DNA of 64,000 nt from an uncultured Chloroflexia bacterium (GTDB lineage Bacteria; Chloroflexota; Anaerolineae; Anaerolineales; Anaerolineaceae), in NCBI GenBank assembly GCA_963841805.1, contig CAWJEB010000006.1, forward strand, positions 17,480-81,479, given 5' to 3'. Shown piece after piece: positions 10,594 through 21,584 of the stretch (position 1 is its first letter; the number at the start of each line of letters is the position of its first letter). The position numbers and the translations under genes are program-made. The notes below the pieces were generated by a model, which worked only from the letters and a program-made list of their open reading frames with translations, was not told the DNA's origin and ran no database searches.

Positions 10594-10974
10594 ATGATGG
10601 ATAAAGAAACAGTCAAAATCCTGTGCGTCACCTGTCCAAAGGGATGCTCGCTGGAAGTTACAAAAGAGGGTGATACGGTTTTGGAAGTGAAACCGGGCTG
10701 CAAACGCGGCCATGAATACGCCAAGCGTGAGCTGGTGGATCCGCGGCGCATGGTGGCTACATCCATCCGTATTGCCAATGGAGTCCACCCGCTGCTGCCG
10801 GTTTACACATCCGCGCCCTTCCCTAAACCACGCATCATGGAGCTTCAACTCAAATTGAGGAAAGTGGAGCTGCGCGCGCCGGTAAAGATGGGCGCAGTTG
10901 TGGTTCAAAATATATTGGATAGCGGGATCGATATCATCGCCAGCCGGGATATGGAAGCTGTCAACAGGGAATAG
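10594..10974 (+). CDS. DUF1667 domain protein (third member of the oxidoreductase trio)
   Basis: CVTCPKGCSLEV motif, about 125 aa, placed directly after the two FAD proteins as in the conserved three-gene module. Confidence 0.7.
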   Translation: MMDKETVKILCVTCPKGCSLEVTKEGDTVLEVKPGCKRGHEYAKRELVDPRRMVATSIRIANGVHPLLPVYTSAPFPKPRIMELQLKLRKVELRAPVKMGAVVVQNILDSGIDIIASRDMEAVNRE

Positions 10975-11046
10975 TCTTAGGACGGAACTATATTTAAATA
11001 GAGGCAGACGAAATATAGCATTCTAATAAGGAGACTGAAAAGCTGT

Positions 11047-11232
11047 TCAAGCCCCGATGGAAATCAGGTTTTTCGGGGCTGTTGCTTGTGGAAGAGGTTT
11101 GGCCGGGAACTTAACTTCGGGCAGAACGATGATCGCCTCGGTGGTCGAACCGTAGATCCGCACCATCTTGGCATCGATGCCGGCATTTTTCAACACTTCA
11201 ATGGCCGTCTTGATCGCATCCTCTTTGTTCAT
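11047..11232 (-). CDS. hypothetical small protein (61 aa)
   Basis: Good SD (GGAGGAAGGT before the ATG). No family recognised. The C-terminal codons overlap a hairpin GCCCCGA/TCGGGGC. Confidence 0.4.
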   Translation of the reverse strand: MNKEDAIKTAIEVLKNAGIDAKMVRIYGSTTEAIIVLPEVKFPAKPLPQATAPKNLISIGA

Positions 11233-11366
11233 ACCTTCCTCCGTTCCATATATATGGTATAAGATGCAGATTCCATGCCGTATATTCTTGGAATTCGGTG
11301 TGCTTGGTTTGCTTCCCTATATTCAGACGCAACTTCGCAATGTGGTAGTGTTACAATCAATCCATC

Positions 11367-13118
11367 ATGGATTCACAATTTCTAACCACTACTTACGAAG
11401 AAATGCAAGCACGCGGCTGGGAGGAACTGGATGTCGTCCTCATCAGCGGTGACAGCTATATCGATAGCCCGTTCATTGGTGCTGCGGTCATTGGGCGGGT
11501 GTTGGAAGCTGCCGGTTTCAAGGTAGGGATTATCGCCCAACCGGATATCACATGTGCCAATGACATTTCCCGCCTGGGCGAACCCCGCCTGTTCTGGGGT
11601 GTGACCGGCGGCAGCGTCGATTCCATGGTTACCAATTACACTGCCAACAAACACAAACGCCGTACGGATGATTACACCCCGGGTGGCGAGAACAATCGCA
11701 GACCCGACCGCGCCGTGATGGCATACACCAACCTGATCCGCCGCTATTATAAGAATACCCGTCCAATTGTTCTGGGCGGGATCGAGGCTTCCCTGCGCCG
11801 CGTGGCGCATTACGATTTCTGGACGAATGCCGTCCGCCGTTCCATCCTCTTCGATGCCAAGGCGGATTATCTGCTCTACGGTATGGCCGAGCAATCTGTG
11901 GTTTCACTTGCAACTGCCCTGAAATCAGGGGATGATCCCCGAAGCACCCGCGGTCTGTGCTACATCACCCGTGAACTGCCCAATAATTACCTGGCCTTGC
12001 CGGATTATGAAACCGTCGCGGCTGATAAGCTGGCATTCATCAACATGTTCCACACCTTTTATAAGAACACCGACCCCATCACTGCCAGGGGACTCACCCA
12101 GAAGCATGCCGACCGCTACCTGGTGCAGAACCCGCCCGCGCCTTATGCCACGCAGAAGGAGATGGATGCGGTGTATGCACTGCCCTTCCAGCGGGTGCAG
12201 CATCCGTTTTATGAAGAACAGGGGCAGGTACGTGCCCTTGATACGATCGGCTACTCCATCAGCACCCACCGCGGATGTTATGGCGAATGCAACTTCTGCG
12301 CGATCGCTGTCCACGAAGGCCGTACCGTCCGCTGGCGCAGCCAGGATTCGATCATTAAAGAAGCTGAATCGTTAACCCGGTTGGAGGGTTTCAAAGGATA
12401 TATCTCGGATGTAGGCGGCCCGACTGCAAATATGTATGGCTTTGAGTGTAAGAAGAAATTAAAAAGCGGTGTTTGCGACGATAAACGCTGCATTTATCCT
12501 GAGGTATGTGGGGCATTGAAACCGAATCATCAACCGCAGGTGGAGCTGCTGCAACGCATCGGTCAGATCCCCGGGGTGAAGAAAGCTTTTGTGGCTTCCG
12601 GCATCCGATACGATATGATCAGCGCTGATATCGCCCATGGAGGGGAATATCTCGAAGAGATAGTAAATGAACACGTTTCCGGTCAATTGAAGGTGGCGCC
12701 CGAACACACCGAAAAGAATGTCCTCGATAAGATGGGGAAACCAGGGCAATCTCACCTATTAAAATTTAAAGAACAATTCGATGACTTATCGGCAAAAGCT
12801 GGCAAGAAGCAATTCCTAACCTATTATATGATCGCCGCGCACCCCGGTTGCACCGATATCGATATGCGGCGATTGAAGACCTTTGCCAGCCAGGAGCTGC
12901 AGATCTCTCCCGAACAAGTGCAGATCTTCACCCCGACGCCTTCGACCTATTCCAGCCTGATGTACTACACCGGCCTGGATCCATTCACGCTCAAACCGCT
13001 TTTTGTGGAAAAAGACCCGCTCCGCCGTGAAAAACAGAAACAGATCGTAATTGAGAAGCAAGCCGAACCTGGTTCAAGGCGATCCCGCCTGAGGGCAGCT
13101 GGCAGAAGGAAGTATTAA
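11367..13118 (+). CDS. ygiQ: YgiQ-family radical SAM protein (UPF0313)
   Basis: N-terminal YgiQ-type region (DVVLISGDSYIDSPF) and radical-SAM cluster motif CYGECNFCAI; basic C-terminal tail. Confidence 0.85.
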   Translation: MDSQFLTTTYEEMQARGWEELDVVLISGDSYIDSPFIGAAVIGRVLEAAGFKVGIIAQPDITCANDISRLGEPRLFWGVTGGSVDSMVTNYTANKHKRRTDDYTPGGENNRRPDRAVMAYTNLIRRYYKNTRPIVLGGIEASLRRVAHYDFWTNAVRRSILFDAKADYLLYGMAEQSVVSLATALKSGDDPRSTRGLCYITRELPNNYLALPDYETVAADKLAFINMFHTFYKNTDPITARGLTQKHADRYLVQNPPAPYATQKEMDAVYALPFQRVQHPFYEEQGQVRALDTIGYSISTHRGCYGECNFCAIAVHEGRTVRWRSQDSIIKEAESLTRLEGFKGYISDVGGPTANMYGFECKKKLKSGVCDDKRCIYPEVCGALKPNHQPQVELLQRIGQIPGVKKAFVASGIRYDMISADIAHGGEYLEEIVNEHVSGQLKVAPEHTEKNVLDKMGKPGQSHLLKFKEQFDDLSAKAGKKQFLTYYMIAAHPGCTDIDMRRLKTFASQELQISPEQVQIFTPTPSTYSSLMYYTGLDPFTLKPLFVEKDPLRREKQKQIVIEKQAEPGSRRSRLRAAGRRKY

Positions 13119-14272
13119 TGTACCGCTTGTATGCTGTCACCCAACCCGGGCTGGAATCCTATTTAATGCAGGAACTGAAAGATCTGGGTTTATCGGGCAA
13201 ACGCCCGGTAGCGTATGATTCAACCGGTGAAGCCCACGAAGAATCCGGTGGTGTGGAGTTTGAAGCCAGCCTATTGGATCTTTACCGTGCCAATTTGCAG
13301 CTGCGAACTGCCAACAGGGTTCTTTCCCGTTTGGGTGAATTTTCAGCAAATGGCTTTGAAGAATTGCAAAAGAAAGCTGCCCGTTTACCGTGGCAGCAGT
13401 ACCTTCGTCCGGGTCAGCCGGTGGCGTTAAGAGTCACCTGTCGTAAAAGCCGCCTCTATCATTCTGACGCCGTTGGCAGGGAAGTGCTGACAGCCATCAA
13501 TACTAACCTTGGCAAGCCCAGCAGCCTGGTCAAATTTGACGAGGACATCCGCCCTGTACCTCAGCTTGTGGTGGTTCGTCTTTACCGAGATGTTTGCACC
13601 ATAAGTATGGATACATCCGGGGCATCGCTGCACAGGCGCGGGTATCGGCTGGAAACTGCCAAAGCCCCCTTGCGCGAGACACTGGCAGCCGGGCTTTTGC
13701 TCGCATCCGGCTGGGATAAATCGACCCCTTTGATCGATCCATTCTGCGGGTCTGGTACGATCGCCATCGAAGCCGCTTTGATGGCACGCCGTATCGCTCC
13801 CGGAAGGAACAGGCGCTTCGCGTTTACCGATTGGCAGAATTTCGATTCACCACTCTGGCAGACCGTGTATAAAGAAGCAGTCGCAAATGAATATGATCAA
13901 TGTCCACCCATCCTGGCTTCGGATCGGGATGAAGGCGCCATCCGCATCTCTACGTCGAACGCCGAACGGGCGAATGTGCTGCAAAACTTGACTCTGCAAA
14001 GCCAGGCATTTTCGGCAATTCAACGTCCTGAACACAATGGATGGATCGTCACCAACCCGCCTTATGGCGTACGGGTCAGCGCCAGCAAAGACCTGCGCAA
14101 CCTGTACACCCACCTGGGCGATGTGCTGCGAAAACAATTCAGCGGCTGGCATGTTGGCATCTTATGCGCCGATCCGATCCTTGCCGGGCATACAAAATTG
14201 AAATTTGATAAAACACTTCAACTAACCACGGGGGGTATCCCGGTCAAATTCCAAACAACCCTGATTGAATGA
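13118..14272 (+). CDS. THUMP-domain class I SAM-dependent RNA methyltransferase (RlmL/Trm14-like)
   Basis: THUMP-like N-terminus, SAM motif DPFCGSGTIAIEA, catalytic NPPYG. The ATG overlaps the ygiQ stop (TAATG). Confidence 0.75.
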   Translation: MYRLYAVTQPGLESYLMQELKDLGLSGKRPVAYDSTGEAHEESGGVEFEASLLDLYRANLQLRTANRVLSRLGEFSANGFEELQKKAARLPWQQYLRPGQPVALRVTCRKSRLYHSDAVGREVLTAINTNLGKPSSLVKFDEDIRPVPQLVVVRLYRDVCTISMDTSGASLHRRGYRLETAKAPLRETLAAGLLLASGWDKSTPLIDPFCGSGTIAIEAALMARRIAPGRNRRFAFTDWQNFDSPLWQTVYKEAVANEYDQCPPILASDRDEGAIRISTSNAERANVLQNLTLQSQAFSAIQRPEHNGWIVTNPPYGVRVSASKDLRNLYTHLGDVLRKQFSGWHVGILCADPILAGHTKLKFDKTLQLTTGGIPVKFQTTLIE

Positions 14273-14288
14273 CCTTGGTAGGCAGCAT

Positions 14289-15281
14289 ATGTCAAGAACG
14301 CAGAGCGATGTTGACCCAATTGAAGTAAAGCGACTCCAAAACCGCATCACAGATGAGATCTTCTTTGCTTTTGGCTTGCCCAACAAAGGTTGGATGAGAC
14401 GTGTATTAAGTCCAATATTCAACTTGCCAGCCCGCCATTTCGCCCGCATCGTAGCCAAATATCAGGCGATGGTGCCCACAATGGGCTTCGGGTTGACCGC
14501 CCGCAAATCTCTGCCGGAGTTCAATGCCAGGGTGACTTCCCGTGGATGGGAACATGTGCCTGAAACCGGTCCATTGATCATTGCTTCGAATCATGTTGGT
14601 GGGGTGGATTCCCTCGCCGTGGCTTCCACCATTCCCCGCAAAGACCTAAAGATCATGGTTTCAGACGTAGGCTTCTTGCGAAGCATGTCCATTGCCGATG
14701 ATTTCTTCATTTTTGTTACATTGGATACCGCAGGTCGGATGAAAGCTTTGCAGAGCGCCATAAGTCATCTGCAAAGAGGTGGAGCGGTACTGGTTTTCGC
14801 ACATGGCGAAGTCGAACCGGATCCCGAATTGATGTCTGGAGCGCATGAATCGATCACCGAGTGGTCACCCAGCCTGGAGATCATGCTTCGAAAAGTGGAT
14901 GGCGCGCAATTGCAGATCGCCATCGTAAGCGGCGTGATCCACAGGGCATTTATGCGCAGCCCGATCGTTCTCTTGCGCAGGACTCAATTTGCCAGGCAGA
15001 AACTGGCTGAATTTATGCAGATCATGCAGCAGCTTGTGTTCCCGCACAGTGTCCATTCCGAAGTGCATATCTCACTATCAAAACCGATGGTACAGCGGGA
15101 TTTTGGAATAGAACGAATCATGCCGGCTGTCATCCGTGCCGGGCAAAGCCTGCTTGCTGAACATTTGGAGCATTTTGAAATAAGCAGCAAACCAATACAC
15201 ATAATTATTGGTAATAAAATAATGTTGCTTAATGAAAAACTTGTGGTATATTGGATAATGTCAATTGATTGGGAGGTGTAG
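14289..15281 (+). CDS. PlsC/LPLAT-family acyltransferase
   Basis: HX4D motif NHVGGVD and the block VFAHGEVEPD. Start uncertain (TTG 14265 or ATG 14289). Confidence 0.65.
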   Translation: MSRTQSDVDPIEVKRLQNRITDEIFFAFGLPNKGWMRRVLSPIFNLPARHFARIVAKYQAMVPTMGFGLTARKSLPEFNARVTSRGWEHVPETGPLIIASNHVGGVDSLAVASTIPRKDLKIMVSDVGFLRSMSIADDFFIFVTLDTAGRMKALQSAISHLQRGGAVLVFAHGEVEPDPELMSGAHESITEWSPSLEIMLRKVDGAQLQIAIVSGVIHRAFMRSPIVLLRRTQFARQKLAEFMQIMQQLVFPHSVHSEVHISLSKPMVQRDFGIERIMPAVIRAGQSLLAEHLEHFEISSKPIHIIIGNKIMLLNEKLVVYWIMSIDWEV

Positions 15282-15283
15282 TT

Positions 15284-15502
15284 ATGCTCAACGATCCGCA
15301 AGAACCTGATATCAACTCTCCGTTTTATGCCGAAGATCCGGTGGTGATGACCACCGACAGCGAGCAACCCGCCAAACGTGAAGGATTATTGTTTGGGTTG
15401 ACCGCAGTACAGCGTTTTATTGTGATGCTGTTGATCTTTATTCTCACCTGTGTTTTGGGAAGCACCTGCCTGCTGCTAACAGGCAAAGTAGTTCTTTTCT
15501 GA
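15284..15502 (+). CDS. small membrane protein (72 aa)
   Basis: ATG 15284 follows GGGAGG. One clear TM helix, FIVMLLIFILTCVLGSTCLLL. Confidence 0.45.
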   Translation: MLNDPQEPDINSPFYAEDPVVMTTDSEQPAKREGLLFGLTAVQRFIVMLLIFILTCVLGSTCLLLTGKVVLF

Positions 15503-15521
15503 TAAAACCCTATAATATATA

Positions 15522-15556
15522 AGACCCGCGAGCAGTAAGCCGCGGGTCTTTTTTTT
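15522..15556. terminator. Bidirectional terminator between convergent genes (small membrane protein / gyrA)
   Basis: Stem GACCCGCG (15523-15530) / CGCGGGTC (15541-15548) followed by a T8 run. The minus-strand side has an A/T-rich tail. Confidence 0.75.
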
Positions 15557-18155
15557 ACTCGTCCTGGTTCATCCCTGGATCAACCTCTGGGTCGGGATCG
15601 TTTTCTGGAAAAACAACATCCTCAACACCATTTTCAATACCAGCTTCATTTCCGTTTTCGATTATGGAATCAATGCCAATGCCATTTTCTGGCATCAGGA
15701 GTTCTTTGGCTGAAATTCGCGCGATCGAAGCCACCTTGTTGCCTTTTTCCAGGTCCATCAATTTAACACCCCGGGTAGCCCGACCAGTCTGCGAGACTTT
15801 CACAGCTTTCATGCGCATGACGATGCCGCCATCTGAAATAAGCGTTAATTCGTCCTCTTCGGTGACAACGCGTGCGACTGCAATCCTACCAATTTCCGGG
15901 ATGCTCTTCTGGTTTATGGTTGCCATACCCTGTGAGCCGCGTGTTTTGGGGCGGTAATCTTCGATTGGGGTCCGTTTCCCAAACCCGCCTTCGGTAACAA
16001 CCAACAGGTCCGCGCCTGGTTCAGCTACTTCTGCCCCGGCTAATACATCTCCCGGCCGCAGGCGGATGCCCATAACGCCGCCAGCATTGCGGCCCATCGG
16101 ACGCATCTGGCTTTCAGGATAGCGCAAAGCCAGTCCATTAGCAGTAACCAGGATGATCTGGTCATTTCCGCTGGTCAATAATGCCCAGGCTAATTTATCC
16201 TTGTCTCCCAGGTTAAGGGCGATCAAACCGGATGGACGTACGCTGCTCAATTCAGAGAGCTTCATGCGCTTCACCCGTCCGCGAATAGTGACCAGAGTGA
16301 TATACGCTGCGGCATTAAAATCAGGCACGTTCACTGCGGCGGTGATCATCTCGTTGCCATCCACGTTCAGCACATTGCTGATGGACTTTCCTTTATCAGT
16401 CCTGGATGCTTCAGGGATTTCATAAACTCGTTCCGCATACACTTTCCCGCGATCTGAGAAGAACAACACAGTATTGAGCGTGCGGGCAGGGATCATCATG
16501 ATGATCTCATCCTCTTCCCGAACGTTCTGGCCGATCACTCCGCGGCCGCCTCTGGCCTGGGTGCGGAAGGTATTCATCGCCATCCGTTTAATGTATCCGC
16601 GCTGGGTTATGGAAATAAGCATGGACTCATCGGCCACCAGGTCTTCTTCCCTGAAATCTTCCTTGGCTTCAAGGGTGATCTGGGTGCGGCGTTCGTCGCC
16701 AAATTTTTCTGACACTTCGATCAGATCTTCTTTGATCACGTCCAGAATTTTCTTGGGGTGGGTTAATAGGTCTTCAAGGTAGGCAATGCGCGTCATGACC
16801 TCTTTATGTTCGTCTTCGATCTTCTGTCGTTCCAGAGCTGCCAATCGCCGCAACTGCATGTCGAGGATAGCCTGTGCCTGGATCTCGGTCAGCTTGAAGC
16901 GGTCAACCAGCCGGGTTTTGGCAGTCTCAGCATCGGGTGATTGGCGAATGGTCTGGATGACATCATCCAGGTTAGCAAGGGCGATCAGGTAGCCATCCAG
17001 GATGTGGGCGCGAGCGCGGGCTTTATCCAGTTCATATTCAGAGCGGCGTTGTATAACAACCTGGCGGTGCTCTATGTAAACTTTCAACGCCCGCCGCAGG
17101 GAAAGAGCTCTGGGTTCATTGTTGACAAGCGCCAGCATGTGAACACCAAAAGTGGTTTGCAGCAATGTATATTTGTAAAGCTGGTTGAGAACCTTCTTGG
17201 GTTGGGCATTGCGTTTGAGTTCAACGTAAATCCGCATGCCGCGCCGGTCGGATTCATCTCGCAAGTCGGAGATGGCTTCGATCTTTCCAGCACGCACCAG
17301 TTCGGCGATCCGTTCGATGAGGACGGCTTTGTTCACCTGGTAGGGTAGCTCAGTGATGTAGATCACCTGGCGGCCATTTTTCAATTCTTCAACTTCAGCC
17401 ACACCGCGGATGGTTAGTTTTCCGCGTCCGGTGCTGTACATCTGGCGAATGCTTTCGCGTCCAAGGATGATACCGCCGGTCGGGAAGTCCGGCCCTGGCA
17501 GGAACTCCATCAATTTGTCAGCGGTGACAGATTCAACGTTGTCAAAATTTTCGATCAAATATAAGGTGGCGTTGATCAGTTCCCTTAGATTATGCGGAGG
17601 AATATTGGTTGCCATGCCGACAGCAATGCCGGAAGAACCGTTCAGCAGCAGGTTGGGCAGCCGGGCAGGTAACACAGTCGGCTCCTGTAATGATCCATCG
17701 AAGTTGTCGGCGAAATCGACCGTATTCTTGTCGATATCTACCAGCATTTCTTCTGCCATCTTGCCCATGCGAGCTTCGGTGTACCGCATGGCTGCTGGCG
17801 AGTCACCATCCACAGATCCGAAGTTACCCTGTCCATCCACAAGTGGGTAACGCATCGAGAAATCCTGCACCATGCGGGCCATGGCATCATAAACGGACGC
17901 GTCGCCGTGTGGATGATACTTGCCCAGCACTTCACCGACGATACGCGCAGACTTCTTGTAAGAGGCATTCGACCGCATACCCAGGTCGTTCATCGCGAAG
18001 AGGATACGGCGGTGAACAGGTTTCAATCCATCCCGCGCATCTGGCAGCGCTCTGGCAACGATAACGCTCATCGCGTAATCAAGGTAAGCAGAGCGCATCT
18101 GCTGGTCAATATCCACCTGTTGTATAGAATTCATATCCATAAAAAAGTCATCCAA
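15555..18155 (-). CDS. gyrA: DNA gyrase subunit A
   Basis: [40 protein letters not shown], a C-terminal repeat domain and an acidic tail. The start could be ATG 18155, 18140 or 18134. Confidence 0.95.
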   Translation of the reverse strand: MDDFFMDMNSIQQVDIDQQMRSAYLDYAMSVIVARALPDARDGLKPVHRRILFAMNDLGMRSNASYKKSARIVGEVLGKYHPHGDASVYDAMARMVQDFSMRYPLVDGQGNFGSVDGDSPAAMRYTEARMGKMAEEMLVDIDKNTVDFADNFDGSLQEPTVLPARLPNLLLNGSSGIAVGMATNIPPHNLRELINATLYLIENFDNVESVTADKLMEFLPGPDFPTGGIILGRESIRQMYSTGRGKLTIRGVAEVEELKNGRQVIYITELPYQVNKAVLIERIAELVRAGKIEAISDLRDESDRRGMRIYVELKRNAQPKKVLNQLYKYTLLQTTFGVHMLALVNNEPRALSLRRALKVYIEHRQVVIQRRSEYELDKARARAHILDGYLIALANLDDVIQTIRQSPDAETAKTRLVDRFKLTEIQAQAILDMQLRRLAALERQKIEDEHKEVMTRIAYLEDLLTHPKKILDVIKEDLIEVSEKFGDERRTQITLEAKEDFREEDLVADESMLISITQRGYIKRMAMNTFRTQARGGRGVIGQNVREEDEIIMMIPARTLNTVLFFSDRGKVYAERVYEIPEASRTDKGKSISNVLNVDGNEMITAAVNVPDFNAAAYITLVTIRGRVKRMKLSELSSVRPSGLIALNLGDKDKLAWALLTSGNDQIILVTANGLALRYPESQMRPMGRNAGGVMGIRLRPGDVLAGAEVAEPGADLLVVTEGGFGKRTPIEDYRPKTRGSQGMATINQKSIPEIGRIAVARVVTEEDELTLISDGGIVMRMKAVKVSQTGRATRGVKLMDLEKGNKVASIARISAKELLMPENGIGIDSIIENGNEAGIENGVEDVVFPENDPDPEVDPGMNQDE

Positions 18156-18340
18156 TCGGAATTAATTAACCTTATAATTATACCTCATCAGAGTTTATTC
18201 TGCTGGTTTCGGCTACCCTTTCTGGTCAGGTGATCACGTAGGACGGAGAATCTTTTATCCATTTTCGGGGTTATTAAATATGATCATCCAGATAGTTGTT
18301 TTCAATGATTGAGCAACGTTTTATCTAGTAAAATTCGAAG

Positions 18341-19108
18341 ATGAATGCATATTCCCTGAACCAAATTTTGAAAGAAACGCCCATTGCAGCACTGCAATAT
18401 TTTGATGCAACCGGGTCCACCAACGATATCGCCATGGATTGGATCGAAAAAGGGGCCGCAGATTTTTCGCTGGTAGTTGCGGACCAACAAACTGCCGGGC
18501 GTGGACGGTTGCAGCGAAAGTGGATCACCAAGCCTGGTGCTGCCCTGGCTTTCAGCGTGATAATGCACCTCAATCAGGATGAAATACCGCACGCCAGCCT
18601 GGTTCCGATCTTGGCCGCAGCAGCCGTTTCCAGCGCCCTTGAGCAGCTTTTCACTATTCAGCCAGAGATAAAATGGCCCAATGACATCCTGATTAATAGA
18701 AAAAAAGCAGCCGGTATCCTGGTGGAGTCATCTTGGAAAGATGAATCACATGCCTCTGTCGTCATAGGGATTGGCATTAATATCACAATTGATGCCCCGC
18801 CACCTCCCGCAGAGCTTAAACTGCCAGCCATCTGTGTGGAGGAAGTGGTTGGCAAATCTGTTGACCGTTGGCAGACTCTGGCAGTCATTCTGTCAAATCT
18901 GGAAAGGTGGCGTGAACAAATAAGTTGTGAGTGTTTGATAAATTATGTAAATCAACGGTTGGCTTATCGCGGTGAAAATATCAGCATCGTCAATTCCTTC
19001 GGTCAGGATCAACATGGGGTCGTCCAGGGCGTTGACGTGGATGGCTCTTTGCTGTTGGAGACCGGGGACGGTGTCCGCACTATCCTCACAGGGGATGGAG
19101 TGATTTGA
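18341..19108 (+). CDS. birA: Biotin--[acetyl-CoA-carboxylase] ligase, group I (no N-terminal DNA-binding domain)
   Basis: GRGRLQRKW and KWPNDI motifs. The 255-aa length leaves no room for a repressor wHTH. Confidence 0.85.
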   Translation: MNAYSLNQILKETPIAALQYFDATGSTNDIAMDWIEKGAADFSLVVADQQTAGRGRLQRKWITKPGAALAFSVIMHLNQDEIPHASLVPILAAAAVSSALEQLFTIQPEIKWPNDILINRKKAAGILVESSWKDESHASVVIGIGINITIDAPPPPAELKLPAICVEEVVGKSVDRWQTLAVILSNLERWREQISCECLINYVNQRLAYRGENISIVNSFGQDQHGVVQGVDVDGSLLLETGDGVRTILTGDGVI

Positions 19109-19190
19109 CAAATGCTTTGAAAATATATACTATCTTAGTAGGTGAATTTATTCCCATCAACCCATTTATATTTTTAGAAGGAGAAAAAAG

Positions 19191-19751
19191 ATGAAAGATA
19201 TGTTTAAAGTAACGACCCGCACTATCGTTGCTGCTGGATTGGGAGCCGCCATTTTTATGCTTTTATTCATGTACGTCAAGGTCCCATCCTGGGTTCCTGA
19301 AACCCAATTCCAGACCGCATATGGCCTTAGCGCCTTCTTTGGAGTTCTATTCGGACCCATTACCGCTTTCCTGATGGCCTTCATCGGACATGCATTGAGC
19401 GACTTCCTGCAATATGGCTCTCCCTGGTGGAGCTGGGTGATCGCCTCCGGTGTGGCCAGCTTCATTTTCGGTCTGGCATTCAAGCGCACCAAAGTGGAAG
19501 AAGGCACCTTCGGCCTGAAAGACATTGTTACATTTAACCTGTATCAGATCGTTGGCAACCTGATCGCCTGGTTGGTCGTCGCGCCGGTGCTGGATATCCT
19601 GATTTATGCAGAACCTGCCAACAAAGTATTCGTCCAGGGTGCAGTTGCCGCCGGAATGAACATAATCAGCGCTGGAGTCATTGGGACACTGCTGTTGGTT
19701 GCATACGCTGCCACCCGCACCAAGAAGGGCAGTCTCAGCAAGAACGGTTAG
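19191..19751 (+). CDS. ECF transporter S component, UPF0397-like, substrate unknown
   Basis: 186-aa polytopic protein. FGPITAFLMAFIGHALSDFLQYGSPWWSWVIASG recalls UPF0397-type S components. AGGAG lies upstream. Confidence 0.75.
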   Translation: MKDMFKVTTRTIVAAGLGAAIFMLLFMYVKVPSWVPETQFQTAYGLSAFFGVLFGPITAFLMAFIGHALSDFLQYGSPWWSWVIASGVASFIFGLAFKRTKVEEGTFGLKDIVTFNLYQIVGNLIAWLVVAPVLDILIYAEPANKVFVQGAVAAGMNIISAGVIGTLLLVAYAATRTKKGSLSKNG

Positions 19752-19782
19752 TACACCTGTAAAATACATTAGATAGTCAAAT

Positions 19783-19818
19783 AAGACGGCTGTTGTGATA
19801 GCCGTCTTATTTTTTTTG
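19783..19818 (+). terminator. Intrinsic terminator/attenuator between the S-component and ATPase genes
   Basis: Stem AAGACGGC (19783-19790) / GCCGTCTT (19801-19808), followed by ATTTTTTTT. Confidence 0.7.
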
Positions 19819-19877
19819 GAGTACGTTCCTGCTATAATACTTATCTTATACTTCATCTTCACATCTGGAATTAATAA

Positions 19878-21584
19878 ATGAGTATTTCTCCCATTATCGA
19901 ATTTAATAATTTCACCTTCCAATATTTCAGCCAGGCAGAACCAACGCTGCATGATATCAACCTGAAGATCTACCCGGGCGAAAAGATATTGATCGTTGGC
20001 CCATCCGGCAGCGGCAAGAGTACATTGGGGCACTGCCTCAACGGGCTGATCCCATTCTATTACAAGGGTGAGAGTCAGGGCAGCCTGAAGATCAAAGATA
20101 TGGAAACTAGGGAGAAAGATATATTCAGCCTGTCCAAGATCGTCGGCACTGTGCTGCAAGATTCTGATGGCCAGTTCGTTGGATTAACGGTTGGAGAAGA
20201 CATTGCCTTCGCCATGGAAAACGATCGTGTACCACAGGCAGAGATGCTTGAACGTGTTAAGCAGGTTTCTGCCATGGTGGATATGGATCATTTTCTTTCT
20301 TCATCACCATACGAACTCTCAGGTGGCCAAAAGCAGCGCACCGCTTTAGCAGGCGTATTGATTGATGACGTGGACATTCTCCTCTTCGATGAACCGCTTG
20401 CCAACCTTGACCCCGCCACTGGCAAAACCGCCATCGAGATTATCGACGATATCCACAAAAAATCCCGCAAAACGATCATCATTATAGAACACCGTTTGGA
20501 AGATGTACTACATTGCAATGTGGATCGGGTGATCGTGATCAACAGCGGACGGATTATCGCGGATATGGACCCGCACGCGCTGGTATCTTCAGATATCCTG
20601 ATCAAAAATGGCATCCGCGAACCGTTGTATGTCACCGCCTTGAAGTACGCCGGAGTCGAAGTATGTCCTGAAATGAAACCAGGTCATATTTGGAGCCTGA
20701 AAACCGACGAGATCAGCCCGGCCATCCGGCGCTGGTACAGGTCCGTTCGTGCAGAAAAAGTGCATATCACTGATCATTCCCTGCTGAACATAACCAACCT
20801 CTCCTTCTCATACGATGGGATTCGCAAGATATTGGATGTGATAGACATCGATATCCAGGAAGGAGAGATGCTCTCGATCGTTGGACGCAACGGGGCAGGC
20901 AAATCCACCCTGGCGAAACTACTCTGCGGTTTCGTAAAAGAGGATGCCGGCGGAGTCCTTTTCGAAGGGCAGAACATCCATGACCGCTCTATCAAGGAAC
21001 GGGCTGAGATTATTGGTTTTGTGATGCAAAATCCGAATCAGATGATCTCTAAAGCCATGATCATGGATGAAGTATCGTTGGGCTTGCGGCTTCGAAAAAT
21101 TCCCGAAGAGGAGATCAAGCCGCGCGTCGAGAAAGTACTTAAAACATGCGGCTTGCTGCCATTTATTAACTGGCCAATTTCCGCGCTCAGTTATGGCCAG
21201 AAGAAACGTGTTACCATCGCCTCCATCCTGGTGCTGGATCCACGCATCATCATCCTGGATGAACCCACCGCTGGGCAGGACTACCGCCATTACAGCGACA
21301 TCATGGATTTTCTGCGTGAGGTCAATCAACTGGGCGTAACCATCATTCTTATCACGCATGACATGCACCTCATGCTCGAGTACACTCCGCGCGCTGTAGT
21401 ACTTTCCGCTGGAAAAAAGATAGCAGACACACGCGCTTCGAATGTGTTGACCGACATGCAGGTGATCGAACAGGCTAACCTTAAGGAAACCTCGCTCTAT
21501 TACCTGGCTCAGAAGGTTGGCATCCAAGACGAGACAAGTTTCGTCCAGTGCTTTATCGACTACGAAAGACAGGTGGCAAAATGA
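19878..21584 (+). CDS. Fused tandem ECF/ABC ATPase (EcfA-EcfA')
   Basis: Two full ABC cassettes: GPSGSGKST ... LSGGQKQR ... LLFDEP and GRNGAGKST ... LSYGQKKR ... IILDEP. Confidence 0.9.
   Translation: MSISPIIEFNNFTFQYFSQAEPTLHDINLKIYPGEKILIVGPSGSGKSTLGHCLNGLIPFYYKGESQGSLKIKDMETREKDIFSLSKIVGTVLQDSDGQFVGLTVGEDIAFAMENDRVPQAEMLERVKQVSAMVDMDHFLSSSPYELSGGQKQRTALAGVLIDDVDILLFDEPLANLDPATGKTAIEIIDDIHKKSRKTIIIIEHRLEDVLHCNVDRVIVINSGRIIADMDPHALVSSDILIKNGIREPLYVTALKYAGVEVCPEMKPGHIWSLKTDEISPAIRRWYRSVRAEKVHITDHSLLNITNLSFSYDGIRKILDVIDIDIQEGEMLSIVGRNGAGKSTLAKLLCGFVKEDAGGVLFEGQNIHDRSIKERAEIIGFVMQNPNQMISKAMIMDEVSLGLRLRKIPEEEIKPRVEKVLKTCGLLPFINWPISALSYGQKKRVTIASILVLDPRIIILDEPTAGQDYRHYSDIMDFLREVNQLGVTIILITHDMHLMLEYTPRAVVLSAGKKIADTRASNVLTDMQVIEQANLKETSLYYLAQKVGIQDETSFVQCFIDYERQVAK

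Noticed and set aside
19109-19190. Riboswitch (TPP, biotin-related or other) upstream of the ECF S-component gene
   Set aside because: The spacer is 82 nt and AT-rich with no conserved stems, too short for any riboswitch class I know.
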